From contig NC_082714.1 of assembly GCF_030144855.1 (NCBI RefSeq), positions 80,724,001 through 80,788,000 of the forward strand: a DNA stretch of 64,000 nucleotides. Direction: 5' to 3'. Every line of letters starts with the position of its first letter. Positions within the stretch are counted from its first letter, which is position 1. The notes below the pieces were generated by a model. That model saw only the letters and a list, made by a program, of their open reading frames with translations, was not told where the DNA came from and made no database searches. Origin of the DNA: Hypanus sabinus. Lineage: Eukaryota. Made by a program: the position numbers and the translations under genes. Positions 23,421-35,700 of the stretch are shown here, in pieces.

Positions 23421-24119
23421 GTCCCTCTCCAGTGTATGAAGTGTGCTGTCAATCATCTTTGAAAGGTAACCCTCGGAGATGGTGGAGCGGATGGAAGGAG
23501 GGTTTGCACACTCGCTCTGCGTTGTGGGAATTGAAATGCACCCGTCCTCACCCCCCACCCCCGCGCACGGCAGAAGCGATTTACCAGAATGCTTCTGGGT
23601 CCTCCTAGTTGTGTGGAGATGTTGGGAGTTCAGAGGTTGGACGTTCAAATTGGAACATTCAAAGTTTATGCAGGGCCACAAATATAGCATTACATATCAC
23701 TGAAACAGCAAGTTGTTTATTGTTATTTAACTATATTGTATTGTAATGCCTGTACAGTTTTGTGCACTTTATGTGTCCTGGGTAGGTCTGAAGTCTAGTG
23801 TTTTTTTCTGTGTTGTTTTATACCTAGCTCAGTCTGTTTTTTGTACTGTGTCATGTAACACCATGGTCCTGAAAAACATTGTCTCGTTTTTACTATGTAC
23901 TGTACCAGCAGTTATGGTCAAAATAACAATAAAAAGTGACTTGACTTGGCTATGTACATGTATACCGTCAAATGAGACAATGTTTTGTCCAGACCAGGGT
24001 GTAAAGCACAGTAGTACACTTAGGATAAACTCTACAGATAAATTAAGTATAAATAACAAACTAAGGTCCATAAATTAAATATTGTAAGCTATGGAACAGA
24101 TTAACCGGTGATACTTTGC

Positions 24120-24590
24120 ATATGACACAGCTGGGAGTTCAGATGCCTAATGAACTGGGGGAAGGAACTGTTTCTGTGCTGACCGTTGTTGTTTTTATAC
24201 ATCGTAGTTTCCCGCTTGATGGTAGCGAGCTGGCAGGATAGGTGGGATCCGTGTTAGTTCGAAGGGGCCAGCGTACACAGCACTCCTGATCAATGCTCCT
24301 GCTGGATGGTAGGGAGACCACTATGATCCTCTCAATTGTTCTCACAGTTCTTTGTAGGGACATCTGGTCTGATGCTCTGCTGTTCCCATACCAGATGGAG
24401 CTGAGATGCTTCTTGTTCAGGGAGGTGATGCTGAGGGACCAAATGAGGTCATCTGGGATGTGAACTCCCAGGAACTTGGTGCACAGAACTCTGTATTTGG
24501 AGGAGTCAGGTGTTCGCAGAGGGGGATGATTCATTTGCACCTTCCTAATGTCAACAATTATTTCCTGGTCTTCTCCACTTTCAGACTTGG
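24120..24590 (-). mobile_element. Rex1/L2-like LINE 3' fragment
   Basis: TKFLGVHIPDDLIWS...SIWYGNS...LQRTVRTIERII...LPSSGKLRCIKT. Confidence 0.75.
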
Positions 24591-24699
24591 GTTCTTCTCA
24601 CAACTGGCCACCACTTATTCCAGGTCTTCAGGCCAACCCATCCATCCCATCCAAGTTGCCTGTCTATGCCAATCCATTTGCCTGCATTTCGTACATACC

Positions 24700-25435
24700 A
24701 CTCTAAACTTTCCTAATCAGTGTACCTGTCCATATCCCTCTAAACCTTTCCCATCCGTGTCCCTGTCCGTATCCCTCTAAACCTTTCCTATCCATGTACC
24801 TGTCCGTATCCCTCTAAACCTTTCCTATCCGTGTCCCTGTCCGTATCCCTCTGAACCTTTCCAATCCGTGTACCTGTCCGTATCCCTCTGAACCTTTCCA
24901 ATCCGTGTACCTGTCTGTATCCCTCTAAACCTTTCCTATCTGTGTACCTGTCCATATCCCTCTAAACCTTTCCTGTTCGTGTACCTGTCCGTATCCCTCT
25001 AAACCTTTCCTATCCGTGTACCTGTCCATATCCTTCTAAACCTTTCCTATCAGTGTACCTGTCCGTATCCCTCTGAACCTTTCCTACCCGTGTACCTGTC
25101 CGTATCCCTCTAAACCTTTCCTATCCGTGTACCTGTCCGTATCCCTCTAAACCTTTCCTGTTCATGTACCTGTCCGTATCCCTCTAAACCTTTCCTATTT
25201 GTGTACCTGTCCGTATCCCTCTAAACCTTTACTATCCGTGTACCTGTCCGTATCCCTCTAAACCTTTCCTTTCCGTGTACCTGTCCGTATCCCTCTGAAC
25301 CTTTCCTATCCGTGTACCTGTCCGTATCCCTCTAAACCTTTCCTATCCGTGCACCTGTCCGTATCCCTCTAAACCTTTCCTGTTCGTGTACCTGTCCATA
25401 TCCCTCTGAACCTTTCCTATCTGTGTACCTGTCCA
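24700..25435. repeat. 37-bp minisatellite (~20 copies) embedded in a minus-strand CR1 3' end (~24630-25660)
   Basis: Unit ccgtatccctctaaacctttcctatccgtgtacctgt. CR1 sequence continues on both sides (ORF 25332-25646: RGYKFKVREERF...WNELPVEV...LDRYTDRKGSEGYG). Confidence 0.95.
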
Positions 25436-26244
25436 ACTTTCTATTACACCTTGTAATTGTACCTGCCTCAAGTACTTCCACTGGCAGCTCATTCCATATT
25501 TCCCCAACCCTTTGTGTAGAAGAAATTGTCCCTAGGCCCCCTTTAAACCTCTCCTCTCTCACCTTAAACTTGTACCCTCTATTCTTTTTCCCAGAGTCCC
25601 TAGAGTCTAGTCTCCCAAGCCAGGGAAAATTGACTGCATTCGCCATCTATTCCCCTCATTATTCTACACTCCTCTGTAACATCACCCCTCAGTCTCCTAC
25701 AGTTCCGTAAGGTTGTCAGAGCCGGGGGTGGTAATGGAGATAATCTCCCACTACTTTTAAATGTTCCCAATGGCGTGCGCCTCATGTAGCCTCTGCCAAC
25801 CAAGTCCAGCTCCTGGCCTTCATGTGTAGCCAGTACTAAGCTGGGTATAACCGTTTCTACCAACAGGAGGAGGAGTAAAGGCAGGTTACTGGCACTTTAA
25901 AACCAGTTGCACTGCGCAGACGAGGTTTGTCAACCGTTATTGGCAGCTCGTCTAGGAGAAGGAAGACTCCGATCTCAAAGCTCCACTGCCTTGCACTGTA
26001 CCCACTCATGGGGAAGGCTTCGGGAGTAAACCCCGAGGGAAAAATCCAGAGCTGGAGTCCCTAAGGCAGACCTACGTTGAGTTCAATGCTGACTGGCAAC
26101 TCCTGCAATGCTGCTGGTGTCAACCTGTATTGGTCTCTGCAGTTCCTCTGGGTTCAGAGGGGGAGTGTGGTGAGGAGGAGCCTGCTACAAGGGCAACAGC
26201 TTGCTTTCACTGTCATACTACCCTGGCTTCTATATCACCTAGAC

Positions 26245-29129
26245 CAGGGGTGGGCAAACTTTTTGACTTGAGGGCCACAAAGGGTTCTAAAATTTGACAG
26301 GGGGGCCAGACCAGGAGCAGATGGACGGAGTGTTTTGGTAATACACCTCATAAGAGAAAATAAAATATCATGGGATATGTAGAAAACATGTGCTTTAATT
26401 TCAATTGAAAATGAACAAATGCATTACAACAAAATATCTGTCTTTGAAGTCCCATGGTATTTAGCTATTTATTGAAATGACTTTTAAAACACTGAAAATT
26501 AAATGAATAAAATACAGCTTTTTTTAATAGTAACAGTTATTATTTTAAAGCACTGAAAAAATTCTGTTATCCTTCAAGATATTATCATCATCACTCTCCT
26601 CCTGACTGTCTTTATTTCAAAAACGGTAGGAGATGCAGGTCTACTTGTCCTGCTCCTTCTTACTCAATTGTCCCCTGTGCCAAAACTCAACAACGACCCG
26701 CACAATGACAGAACAGTGAGAGCGCGCCAGTATGCGGAGCGCGTTATTTGATCTGGAGCGTATTTTTTATTTTGAGAACATACGTGCACCTGCGCACTAC
26801 TCATGTCCATCACTTAACAGAAATGACATGTAACATGTAAGGCTTATTGAAAAAAATATTTTCAAATGCATTTTTTACATCACACAACGAAGAAACTTAT
26901 TTTTAATTTCAGTGGGAACAGTGTTGTTGGTCTCCCTTTTTAGCCAGCGCATCAAAGTCTGGATTTAGTTTTGTTGTGGCGATTCTCAGGATGGATCTGA
27001 GGTGTTGGTCAGTTAACTTGGATCTGTGGCTGGCTTTGTTGATGTTCATGACGCTGAACGCCTGTTCACACAAATAGGTTGAGCCGAACAACGCCAGCAT
27101 CTTCTGTGCCGTCCTCCGGAGGTTTGGAAACACCTCTTTACCAAGTGAAGCATAAAAGTCATTCAGTTTAAGAGAGTTGAACTTCTCTTTTAAGATGGGG
27201 TCAGACTGAAGGTCGATCAGTTCCAGCTGTAGCTCCTCTGGTGCTGTTTCAGGATCTTGTGACAGGGGACAGGCCACCAACCGAAGTGACTTGTCAATTT
27301 TTTCAACATCAGAAAAGCGACGGCAGAATTCTCTGTGCAGCGCATCCAGTGACTCGCTGTATTTTTTCACATTTGCGCCGGCCTCTTCCAGCGTGGCTAG
27401 TGTGGGAAAATGAGTGAATAACTTATTCGAAATTTGCCTGGAGAAAAAAGCCAGCTTGGATTTAAAGGCTTTCACGTTTGTGTACATGTCATGCACTAAC
27501 TGATCCTTCCCCTGTAGCTTCACGTTCAGTTCATTCATGTGTGAAAATATATCCACAGCAAACGCAAAGTCACAAAGCCAGCTCTTGTTGCTCAGCTCAG
27601 GAAATTCGCCGGCCTTCCTCAGTAACTCCAAAAAAGCACCGATCTCCTCTTTGAGCTCCCATACTCGTTGAAACACTTTGCCCAAACTTAACCAGCGGAC
27701 ACGGGAGCGATAAAGTAGGTCCTGGTGATCCAGGAACGTGATGAACTGACGGTGCTGAAGTCCCCTTGCACGTATAAAGTTGACAAGTTTTACGACAGGA
27801 TTCACAACATGATTCAGCTGTAATACCGATTTACATTGTGGTTCCTGGTGGATGATGCAGTGAAGGAAAATAACATGCTGGTCAGGATTTTCATCTTTCA
27901 CTTTATTCTGTATTCTCCTCAGCAGGCCGACATTTTTCCCCGTCAAATTAGGAGATCCATCTGTGGTGACGTTGATAAGCTTACTCCAAGGGAGCTTCAT
28001 ATTTTCGATGACAGCAGACACCCGGTCATACAAGTCCTCTCCCCGTGTTTTTCCTTTCAGAGACTCCATTGTCAAAAACTCCTCGGTTATTTCAAAAGTA
28101 TTGTTAATTCCTCGGATAAAAATGAGGAGCTGAGCAGTGTCTTTTACATCGTTGCTTTCATCCAGTGCTAATGAATATAACGTGAACGACTCTGCCTTTT
28201 TATTTAAGTCGCTGGTTATATCTTCATCTATCAGTTCCACACGGCGAGTCACTGTCCTGCGTGATAAACTGATTTTTTCAAATTTGTCTTTGCTCTCCGG
28301 ACACAATACACCTGCTGTCTCCACCATACATTCTTTTAAAAACTCGCCTTGGTACTTGAGTCATGAATGGCAGTTTGACGGTGAAAAAAATTTTGTTGAG
28401 CCTGTAAATTAGCTGCGAACCTCTGAGCATTAGCTTCCCGTTCTTTCGTTGACTGGTCGCTAGCATAGTTGGCATGTTTTGTGGCAAAGTGACGGCTGAT
28501 ATTATATTCTTTAAAAACCGCCACAGTCTCTTGGCATATCAGGCATACAGCAGTTGATCGGTGTTCGTTAAAAAGATATTTAGTTGTCCACTCCTTATTA
28601 AACACCCAACATTCTCTATCCACTTTCCTTTTCTTAGCTCCACTCATCTTTACAGAAGGGGTGAGAGGTTGTAGCAGTGTGCTACACGCAGCACTAAAAT
28701 TACGACACGGAGTCGGTAACTGCAGTCGAAGGAAAAAACTTTATTCGAAATCCCCAGCCTTACTTTTAAGCCTCCCTCAACCTGCCCCCCCCCCCCCCCC
28801 CGTGGCGCAGAGGCTCCAAAGCTCTGTGCTCGCAAATCCCCGCAGGCTATCTCCCTTAGCCGGAACGCTGGCTAATTGTGAGCCGGTTCGGATGTGCCAG
28901 GAAATGGGTCGCCACAAGGTCACAGAGTAAAGCGCAAATGTGGAGTAATACGCTGCACCTCAACAAAGGTCAATGTATATAGAGTGCGTCATCTATTGGG
29001 AAAACGCCAGAATTGCGGGGAAAAAACGTTAACAAGGTTTATTAATATAATTTCATCAAGTTCTGCGGGCCGGATTAAAAAGCTTAACGGGCCGCATATG
29101 GCCTGCGGGCCGTAGTTTGCCCATGCCTG
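26245..29129 (-). mobile_element. hAT (Charlie/SPIN-like, GTF2IRD2-related) DNA transposon, near full length
   Basis: 16-bp TIRs caggggtgggcaaact / agtttgcccatgcctg (2 mismatches); 8-bp TSD acctagac at 26237-26244 and 29130-29137 with central TA. Confidence 0.96.
26909..28647 (-). pseudogene. hAT transposase, frameshifted
   Basis: N-terminal BED-type zinc finger (CLIC...ISRHFATKH; 28336-28647), then a 472-aa ORF with SLALDES.D, TTDG, HCIIHQE, VRWLS and FGSTYLCEQAFS; broken by a deletion at ~28340. Confidence 0.92.
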
Positions 29130-29341
29130 ACCTAGACAGCTGGGACACAACGTCCATGGTTGACCCCAACTAATGGAGGGGCCTCAGCAGCCTCGTATGT
29201 TTCACTGATTAAGTTCCCAGCATGCCAAACCTCTTCCTGTAACTCAGGCTCTTAACTCCTGCCAGTACCTGGTAATGGCAAGTTGGGCTGCAGCTGGAAG
29301 TTAGAGTTTCAGAGTGTTTGTATGTGGCTTGCCAGGGTTTA

Positions 29342-30887
29342 CAGTGGTGCTAGAAAGTCTGTGAACCCGGTAGAATTTTCTCCATTTCTGAATGAATATG
29401 ATCAGATCTTCACCTGTCCTAAAACTAGATAAAGAGAACCCAATTAAATAAATAACACAAAAACATTTTACTTCATTTATTTGTTGGAAAAAGTATGTGA
29501 ACTTTTGCTTTCAGTAACTGGTGCAACACCCTTGGACAGCAATAACTTCAACCAAATGTTTCTAGTGACTGTTGATCAGTCCTGCACATCGGCTTGGAGG
29601 AATTTTAGGCCATTCCTCCTCACAAAACTGCTTCAACTCTGGGATGTTGGTGGGCTTCCTTGCATGAACTGCTTGCTTCAGGCCCTCCAATAACATTCTT
29701 ATAGGATTAGGGTCAGCACTTTGACTCAGCCATTCCAAAACACTAATTTTCTTCTTTTTAATCCATTCTGTAGTTGATTTACTCTTGACTTTCAGATCAT
29801 TGTCTTGTTGCATTATCCAACTTCTATTAGGCTTCAGGTGACGGACTGCTACCCTGACATTCTCCTGTAAAATGTCCTGATACAATTTTGAATTCATCGT
29901 TCCCTCAATGATTGCAAGCTGTCCGGGCCCCAAACCATGATGTTCCACCGTGCTTCACAGTTGGGGTGGGGTTTTGGTGTTGGTGTGCACTGCCGTTTTT
30001 ACTCCAAACATAGCAGTGTGCATTTCTGCCAAAAAGTTCAACTTTTGTCTCATCTGTCCACGGAACATTGTCCCAGAAGCATTGTGGAACGTCCAGGTGG
30101 TCTTTTGCAAACGTGAGATGTGCAGCGATGTGTTTTTTTTGGAGAGCAGTGGTTTTCTCCATGGTATCCTTCCACAAACACCATTCTTGTTCAGTGTTTT
30201 TCTTATAATGGACACGTGAACAGAGACTTTAGCAAGTTCTGGAGATCTCTGCAGGTCTTTTGCTGTTACCCTTGGGTTCTTTTTCACCTCCTTCAGCATT
30301 GCACATGGTGCTCTTGGTGTGATCTTTGCAGGATGCTCACTCCTAGGGAGAATAGTAACGGTTTTGAGTTCCCTCCATTTGTAGAGATTTTTTCTGGCTG
30401 TGGACTGATGAACACTCAGGTCTTAAGAACAGCTTTTATATCCTTTTCCAGCTTCATGCATCTCTACAATTCTTCCAAGGTCTTCTGAAAGTTGTTTTGA
30501 TCAAGACATGGTGCAAATAAACAGATCTTTCTTTGAGAAGAGCAGGTTCTGTCAATTACCTGACTTTGTGTGTCTTTTTTATAGGGCAGCACCTCTACAA
30601 CCCACACCTCCAATCTCATCCCATTGATTGGAACACCAGTCTCCACATAGCTTTTGTAGAAAGCATTATCCCAGAGGTTCACATACTTTTTTCCAACAAA
30701 TACATGTAATATTGGATCGTTTTTCACATTGAATAAATGAACAAGTATAATGTTTTTGTGTTACTTATTTAATTGGGTTCTCTTTATCTAGTTTTAGGAC
30801 AGGTGAAGATCTGATCATATTTTAGGTCATACCTACGCAGAAATTGAGAAAATTCTACAGGTTTCACAAGCTTTTATATCACCACTG
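29342..30887 (-). mobile_element. Tc1/mariner (Tc1-type) DNA transposon with long TIRs and a decayed transposase
   Basis: TA|cagtggtg...caccactg|TA; inverted repeats of roughly 140 bp or more; fragments KNPRVTAKDL, WTDETKVELFG, TVKHGG, QQDND and EWLSQSADPNPI. Confidence 0.95.
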
Positions 30888-31157
30888 TATGTGGAGAGGA
30901 TTTTACTGCCTGGGGTGTCCAGAGCCGGGGGATGCCCTGCCAGGCAGTGACACAAGAGGTTTTGCAGATGATGGAAATCTTGAGGGGGTCTCAAGATGGC
31001 GCTTATGGAGTAAACCGCTTTCGGCTTTGCTCCAAACCTTTTACTTCTTTTTAACCTACAAACACCCTTTAAATGATCTTTTTATACTTATTCTAAAGGG
31101 GTTTAAACATACAGAATTTTTCTTTTTAACTACTCGATCTATTTTCAACTCGTTGAA

Positions 31158-31946
31158 ATGTCTAAAGTAAAAGAATCGAAACAGACGAAAGAACTGAAAA
31201 CTTTAGAAACTATTGTAAAGCTTATAGAAGATAAATTTGCGGGTCTGGAGAGAAAAATTACCAAACAGCTTTTTGCGTTTGATGAGCGTTTAAAATCATT
31301 CGAAGGAGAACTTAAAACACTTTCACTGGAACTACAAAAACAACAAGCAAGTATCTTGGTACTTGAAGAAGCTGCTCGCAAGAAAGATCATATTATCAAA
31401 ACTTTGCAACAAGAGCAAGCTTCGACTTCTCAACAGATGGATCGTTATAAATCTAAAATTACTGATCTTGAAAATAGCTCTCGAAGACAAAATCTTCGGC
31501 TAATTGGGATTCCGGAAAAATTTGAGAGCGGTGATCTTACCGTTGTCTTTTCTAAACTTCTAATGGATGTCTTCGGTTCAGAAGTTCTGGACTCTCCTCC
31601 AATAATCGATCGTGCTCACCGTATCTCTCGCTATCATTCTGATTCAGATAAACCACGGCATGCAATTCTCTGGATCCATTACCCTCATATCAAAGAGAGT
31701 TTGATTCGAGCGGCTCGGAAAAAGGGTATGATTATTTTTCAAGAATTTAAATTTTGTATTTTGGAAGATTATAGCCCTGAAGTTTTAAGGGCAAGAATGG
31801 CTTTTAGATCGGTTATGTCGAAATTTCACCAGGAAGGCTACAAGCAAGCGCTGTTATTTCCAGCACATTTGAGGGTTACTTCTGGAGACGGAACTGTTCA
31901 GCTGTTTAAATCTCCAGCGGACGCTCAAAGTTTTTTGGAACAATGA
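31158..31946 (+). CDS. L1 ORF1p (coiled coil, RRM, CTD; Transposase_22-like)
   Basis: DLENSSRRQNLRLIGIPE, IDRAHR and EDYSPEV motifs; 262 aa open. Confidence 0.9.
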   Translation: MSKVKESKQTKELKTLETIVKLIEDKFAGLERKITKQLFAFDERLKSFEGELKTLSLELQKQQASILVLEEAARKKDHIIKTLQQEQASTSQQMDRYKSKITDLENSSRRQNLRLIGIPEKFESGDLTVVFSKLLMDVFGSEVLDSPPIIDRAHRISRYHSDSDKPRHAILWIHYPHIKESLIRAARKKGMIIFQEFKFCILEDYSPEVLRARMAFRSVMSKFHQEGYKQALLFPAHLRVTSGDGTVQLFKSPADAQSFLEQ

Positions 31947-32349
31947 TACTCTATCGGATTGACTAATGTAATAATTAGTCTATAAATTTCGATCTCTTAC
32001 AGAATGATGGGTTTTTTTAGGCATGGCTGACGTATTTTTTATATGTTGTAAAAGTTCTCTTTTTTTGGTTTATTCTGATTTTATTATTTTATTAATCTAT
32101 TAACCTTGAAAATAACTGATTAGGGCTCCTTTTTTTTAAGTTTGTATAAGCTTTTTTATATTTTTAACATTTAAATATTAAGATTTTTAAAAAAATAATA
32201 ATAAAATGGCGTTTCTTCTTCCCGACAGACTCTAGTGTTTGGAATGTCATATCCGTTTTGATGAGTTTGAAAGTTTTAAACTCAAATTTAAAATACTAAT
32301 TTAGTAGTATTTATTTATGAGTTTTATCAATTTAATTTTTTAACCCTTT

Positions 32350-32355
<6 letters not shown>

Positions 32356-32407
<52 letters not shown>
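32356..32407. repeat. (TA)n microsatellite in the L1 inter-ORF spacer
   Basis: Pure TA run. Confidence 0.95.
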
Positions 32408-32409
<2 letters not shown>

Positions 32410-32772
32410 TAATTTTATATTCTAACTTTTGTTATATTAACCCTTTCTTATAATATGGGTTGTTTGTATTTTTTTCAATTTTTTTTGTCTGAGTTGCCGT
32501 CTTGAGACACGGGGGTAATTTTAGTATTAGATTGCCTGCTTGCCTCTTTTTGGCTTTTTTCCTGGGGTTTCGAGGGTGGGGGGAGAGGGATTTTTCTTTT
32601 TTTCTCTTTTTGCTTGCTTTTTGCATAGTTTTATTTCATGGGCCTATATGAAACTACAAAAATGGTTGCAGTGCCGTGACTTCCGGTTTCTCCTTGAACT
32701 CACTTCCTTCTTCCGGGTTCATGAGTTCACTTTTTTTTAACTTATGTGTTAACTGTAATAAAAATTGTCAAT

Positions 32773-35700
32773 ATGGATAGGATTATTAATTTTGTTTCTT
32801 GGAATACTAATGGTTTAAATCATCCGATCAAACGGAAAAAAATATTTAAAGTATTCCATAGAATGAATGCCAATGTTATTTTTGTGCAGGAGACTCATGT
32901 AAGGAAGGTGGATAGTCAACATTTTTTTAGGTTTTGGAAGGGCCAACAGTATCATGCAAATTCGCAAGCCAAAGTAAGAGGTGTTTCTATTTTTATAGAC
33001 TCATCAACTTCTTTTATACATCATGAAACAATTTCAGATCCACAAGGTAGATTTTTGCTTATTACTGGTCTACTTTTTAATCAAAAAGTTGTTTTAGTTA
33101 ACGTTTATGCTCCAAATACTGATTGTCCTGAATTTTTTAAATGCTTATTTACATCCTTTCCTAATCTGAATCAATATAGAATGATAATGGGTGGGGATTC
33201 AACTGTTGTTTAAACCCTGTGATGGATAGATCCAAGCCTACTTCTGAATAAATCGGCTTCTCTTATTAACTCTTTTATGATTGATTCAGCTATTTGTGAA
33301 ATTTGGCATTTTCTACACCCTAATGACAAAGAGTTTATATACTTTTCCCATGTTTATCATAATTATTCAAGAATTGATTACTTTTTCATTGATTACCATT
33401 TACTTACAGATGTTACTGATTGTAAATATGACTGTATTACCATATCTGATCATGCACCTCTGAAGTTATCTATTAAAATAATGGATTCGTATATCAATGC
33501 TAAATTTTGGAGGTTTAATCCTGTTTTATTGCAGGATTTAGACTTTGTTGACTTTATTAAACAACAAATTGATTTGTTTTTCTCAACAAATTCTACAGCA
33601 GAGATCTCTAGTGGAATTTTGTGGGATACTTTTAAAGCATATATTCGTGGACAGATTATTTCATACTCTGCTGGAGTTAGGAAACGAACTAATTCTAAAA
33701 TATTAACATTAGTTGATAAAATCAAAGCATTTGATAAGATTTATTCAATGACCCCTAGTAAAGAACTTTATAAAGAAAGAGTGGAACTTCAAATGGAACA
33801 TAGTTTATTATTATCCTCTTCGATTGAAAGTCAGTTAATTAAATCAAAAACTCAATTCTATATGCATGGAGATAAGTCTGGTAAATTATTGGCTAATCAA
33901 TTGAAAATTGTTTCGGATAAACGGCAGATTACTAGAATTCGTAAACAAGATGGTACTCTGACGATCGACCACAAAGAGATAAATAGAGCCTTTCAAGATT
34001 TTTATAACTCCTTATATCAATCAGAATTCACTAAGGACTCTTCTATAATAAATTAATTTTTAAGGAAATTGAATATTCCAAAAGTAACTGTTGAGGATAA
34101 CGTAATTTTAGATACACCTATTACGGAGTCTGAAATAGAAAAGGCTATTTTTTTAATGAATTCTGGTAAAGCTTCTGGTCCAGATGGTTTTCCTGTAGAA
34201 TTTTTAAAATCTTTTTCTTCTATACTTTCTCCTTGGCTTTGTAAAATTTTTAAAGATGCATTAACTGTAGGTAAATTACCACAATCTTTTTATGAAGCTT
34301 CTATTTCTTTAATTCTTAAAAAAGATAAAGACCCTACTGAATGTGCATCCTATTGGCCTATATCCTTATTAAACATGGATTTTAAGATTTTCAGTAAAAT
34401 TTTGGCTATTAGATTAGAAAATATATAACCTCGAATTATTTCTGAAGATCAGACTGGATTTATTAAAAATCGCTATTCATCTTTTAACATTAGAAAATTA
34501 ATTAATATTATTTATACTTCTTCATCTAAAATACCAGAATGTGTTATTTCTTTAGATGCTGAAAAAGCATTTGACAGAGTTGAATGGCCATATTTATTTA
34601 CTACAATGCAACAATTTAACTGTAGTTCAAAATTTATATCATGGATTAAATTAATATACCATAAACCTTTAGCTTCGGTTTTTACCAATAATCAAAGATC
34701 CCCTTTTTTTCAACTATTTCGTGGTACAAGGCAAGGTTGCCCTTTAAGTCCTTTACTATTTGACATTGCTTTAGAACCGTTGGCTATAGCTATTCGTGAA
34801 TCACCTAATATTCTGGGTATTACCCGTGGGGAGATCACGTATAAAGTATCATTATACGCTGATTATTATTATATATATCTGACCCTGAAAGATCTATCCC
34901 TGCTATTTTGTCTTTGCTTGCTCAATTTAGTAATTTTTCTGGTTACAAATTGAATTTTAACAAGAGTGAACTATTTCCATTAAATATGCAAGTTCCAATT
35001 TATAAACATTTACCATATAAAATTGTTACAGATTATTTTACTTACCTAGGTATTAAAATTACTAAAAATCATAAAGATTTATTTAAGGTTAACTTTTTAC
35101 CTTTAATTGATCAAATTAAGCAACTTGCTATTAGGTGGTCTCCACTATCTTTGTCATTGGTTGGTAGAGTTAATGCTATTAAGATGATGATAAATATAAA
35201 TATTATATAATATAAATATTATAATATAATATAATATATTATATAATATAATTATAAATATAAATAATATAATATTATAAATAATATTATATAATATAAT
35301 TATAAATATAAATATTATATAAATATAAATATAAAGATAAATATAAATTCTTATATTTATTTCAAGCATTACCAATTTTTATTCCTAAAGCTTTTTTTGA
35401 TACTATTGACTCTAAAATATCTTCTTACTTGTGGCAGAACAAAAACCCTAGATTGGGTAAAAAATATTTACAGAAGCCTAAGAAGTTTGGCTTTACCAAA
35501 CTTAAGATTTTACTATTGGGCAGTCAATATACGGTATTTAATATTCTGGACACAAGAATGGACTATAGCTACTTGCCCACAATGGGTAAATTTGGAATGT
35601 AAATCTGTGCAAGATTTTTCATTGATTTCAATCTTAGGATCTTCACTTCCTTTTTCTTTATTCAAATTGAATAAACAGATAACTAATCCTATAGTCAGAT

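Noticed and set aside
26909-28327. Host gene GTF2IRD2/ZBED-like (domesticated transposase)
   Set aside because: Flanked by TIRs and an 8-bp TSD, and frameshifted; it is a transposon copy.
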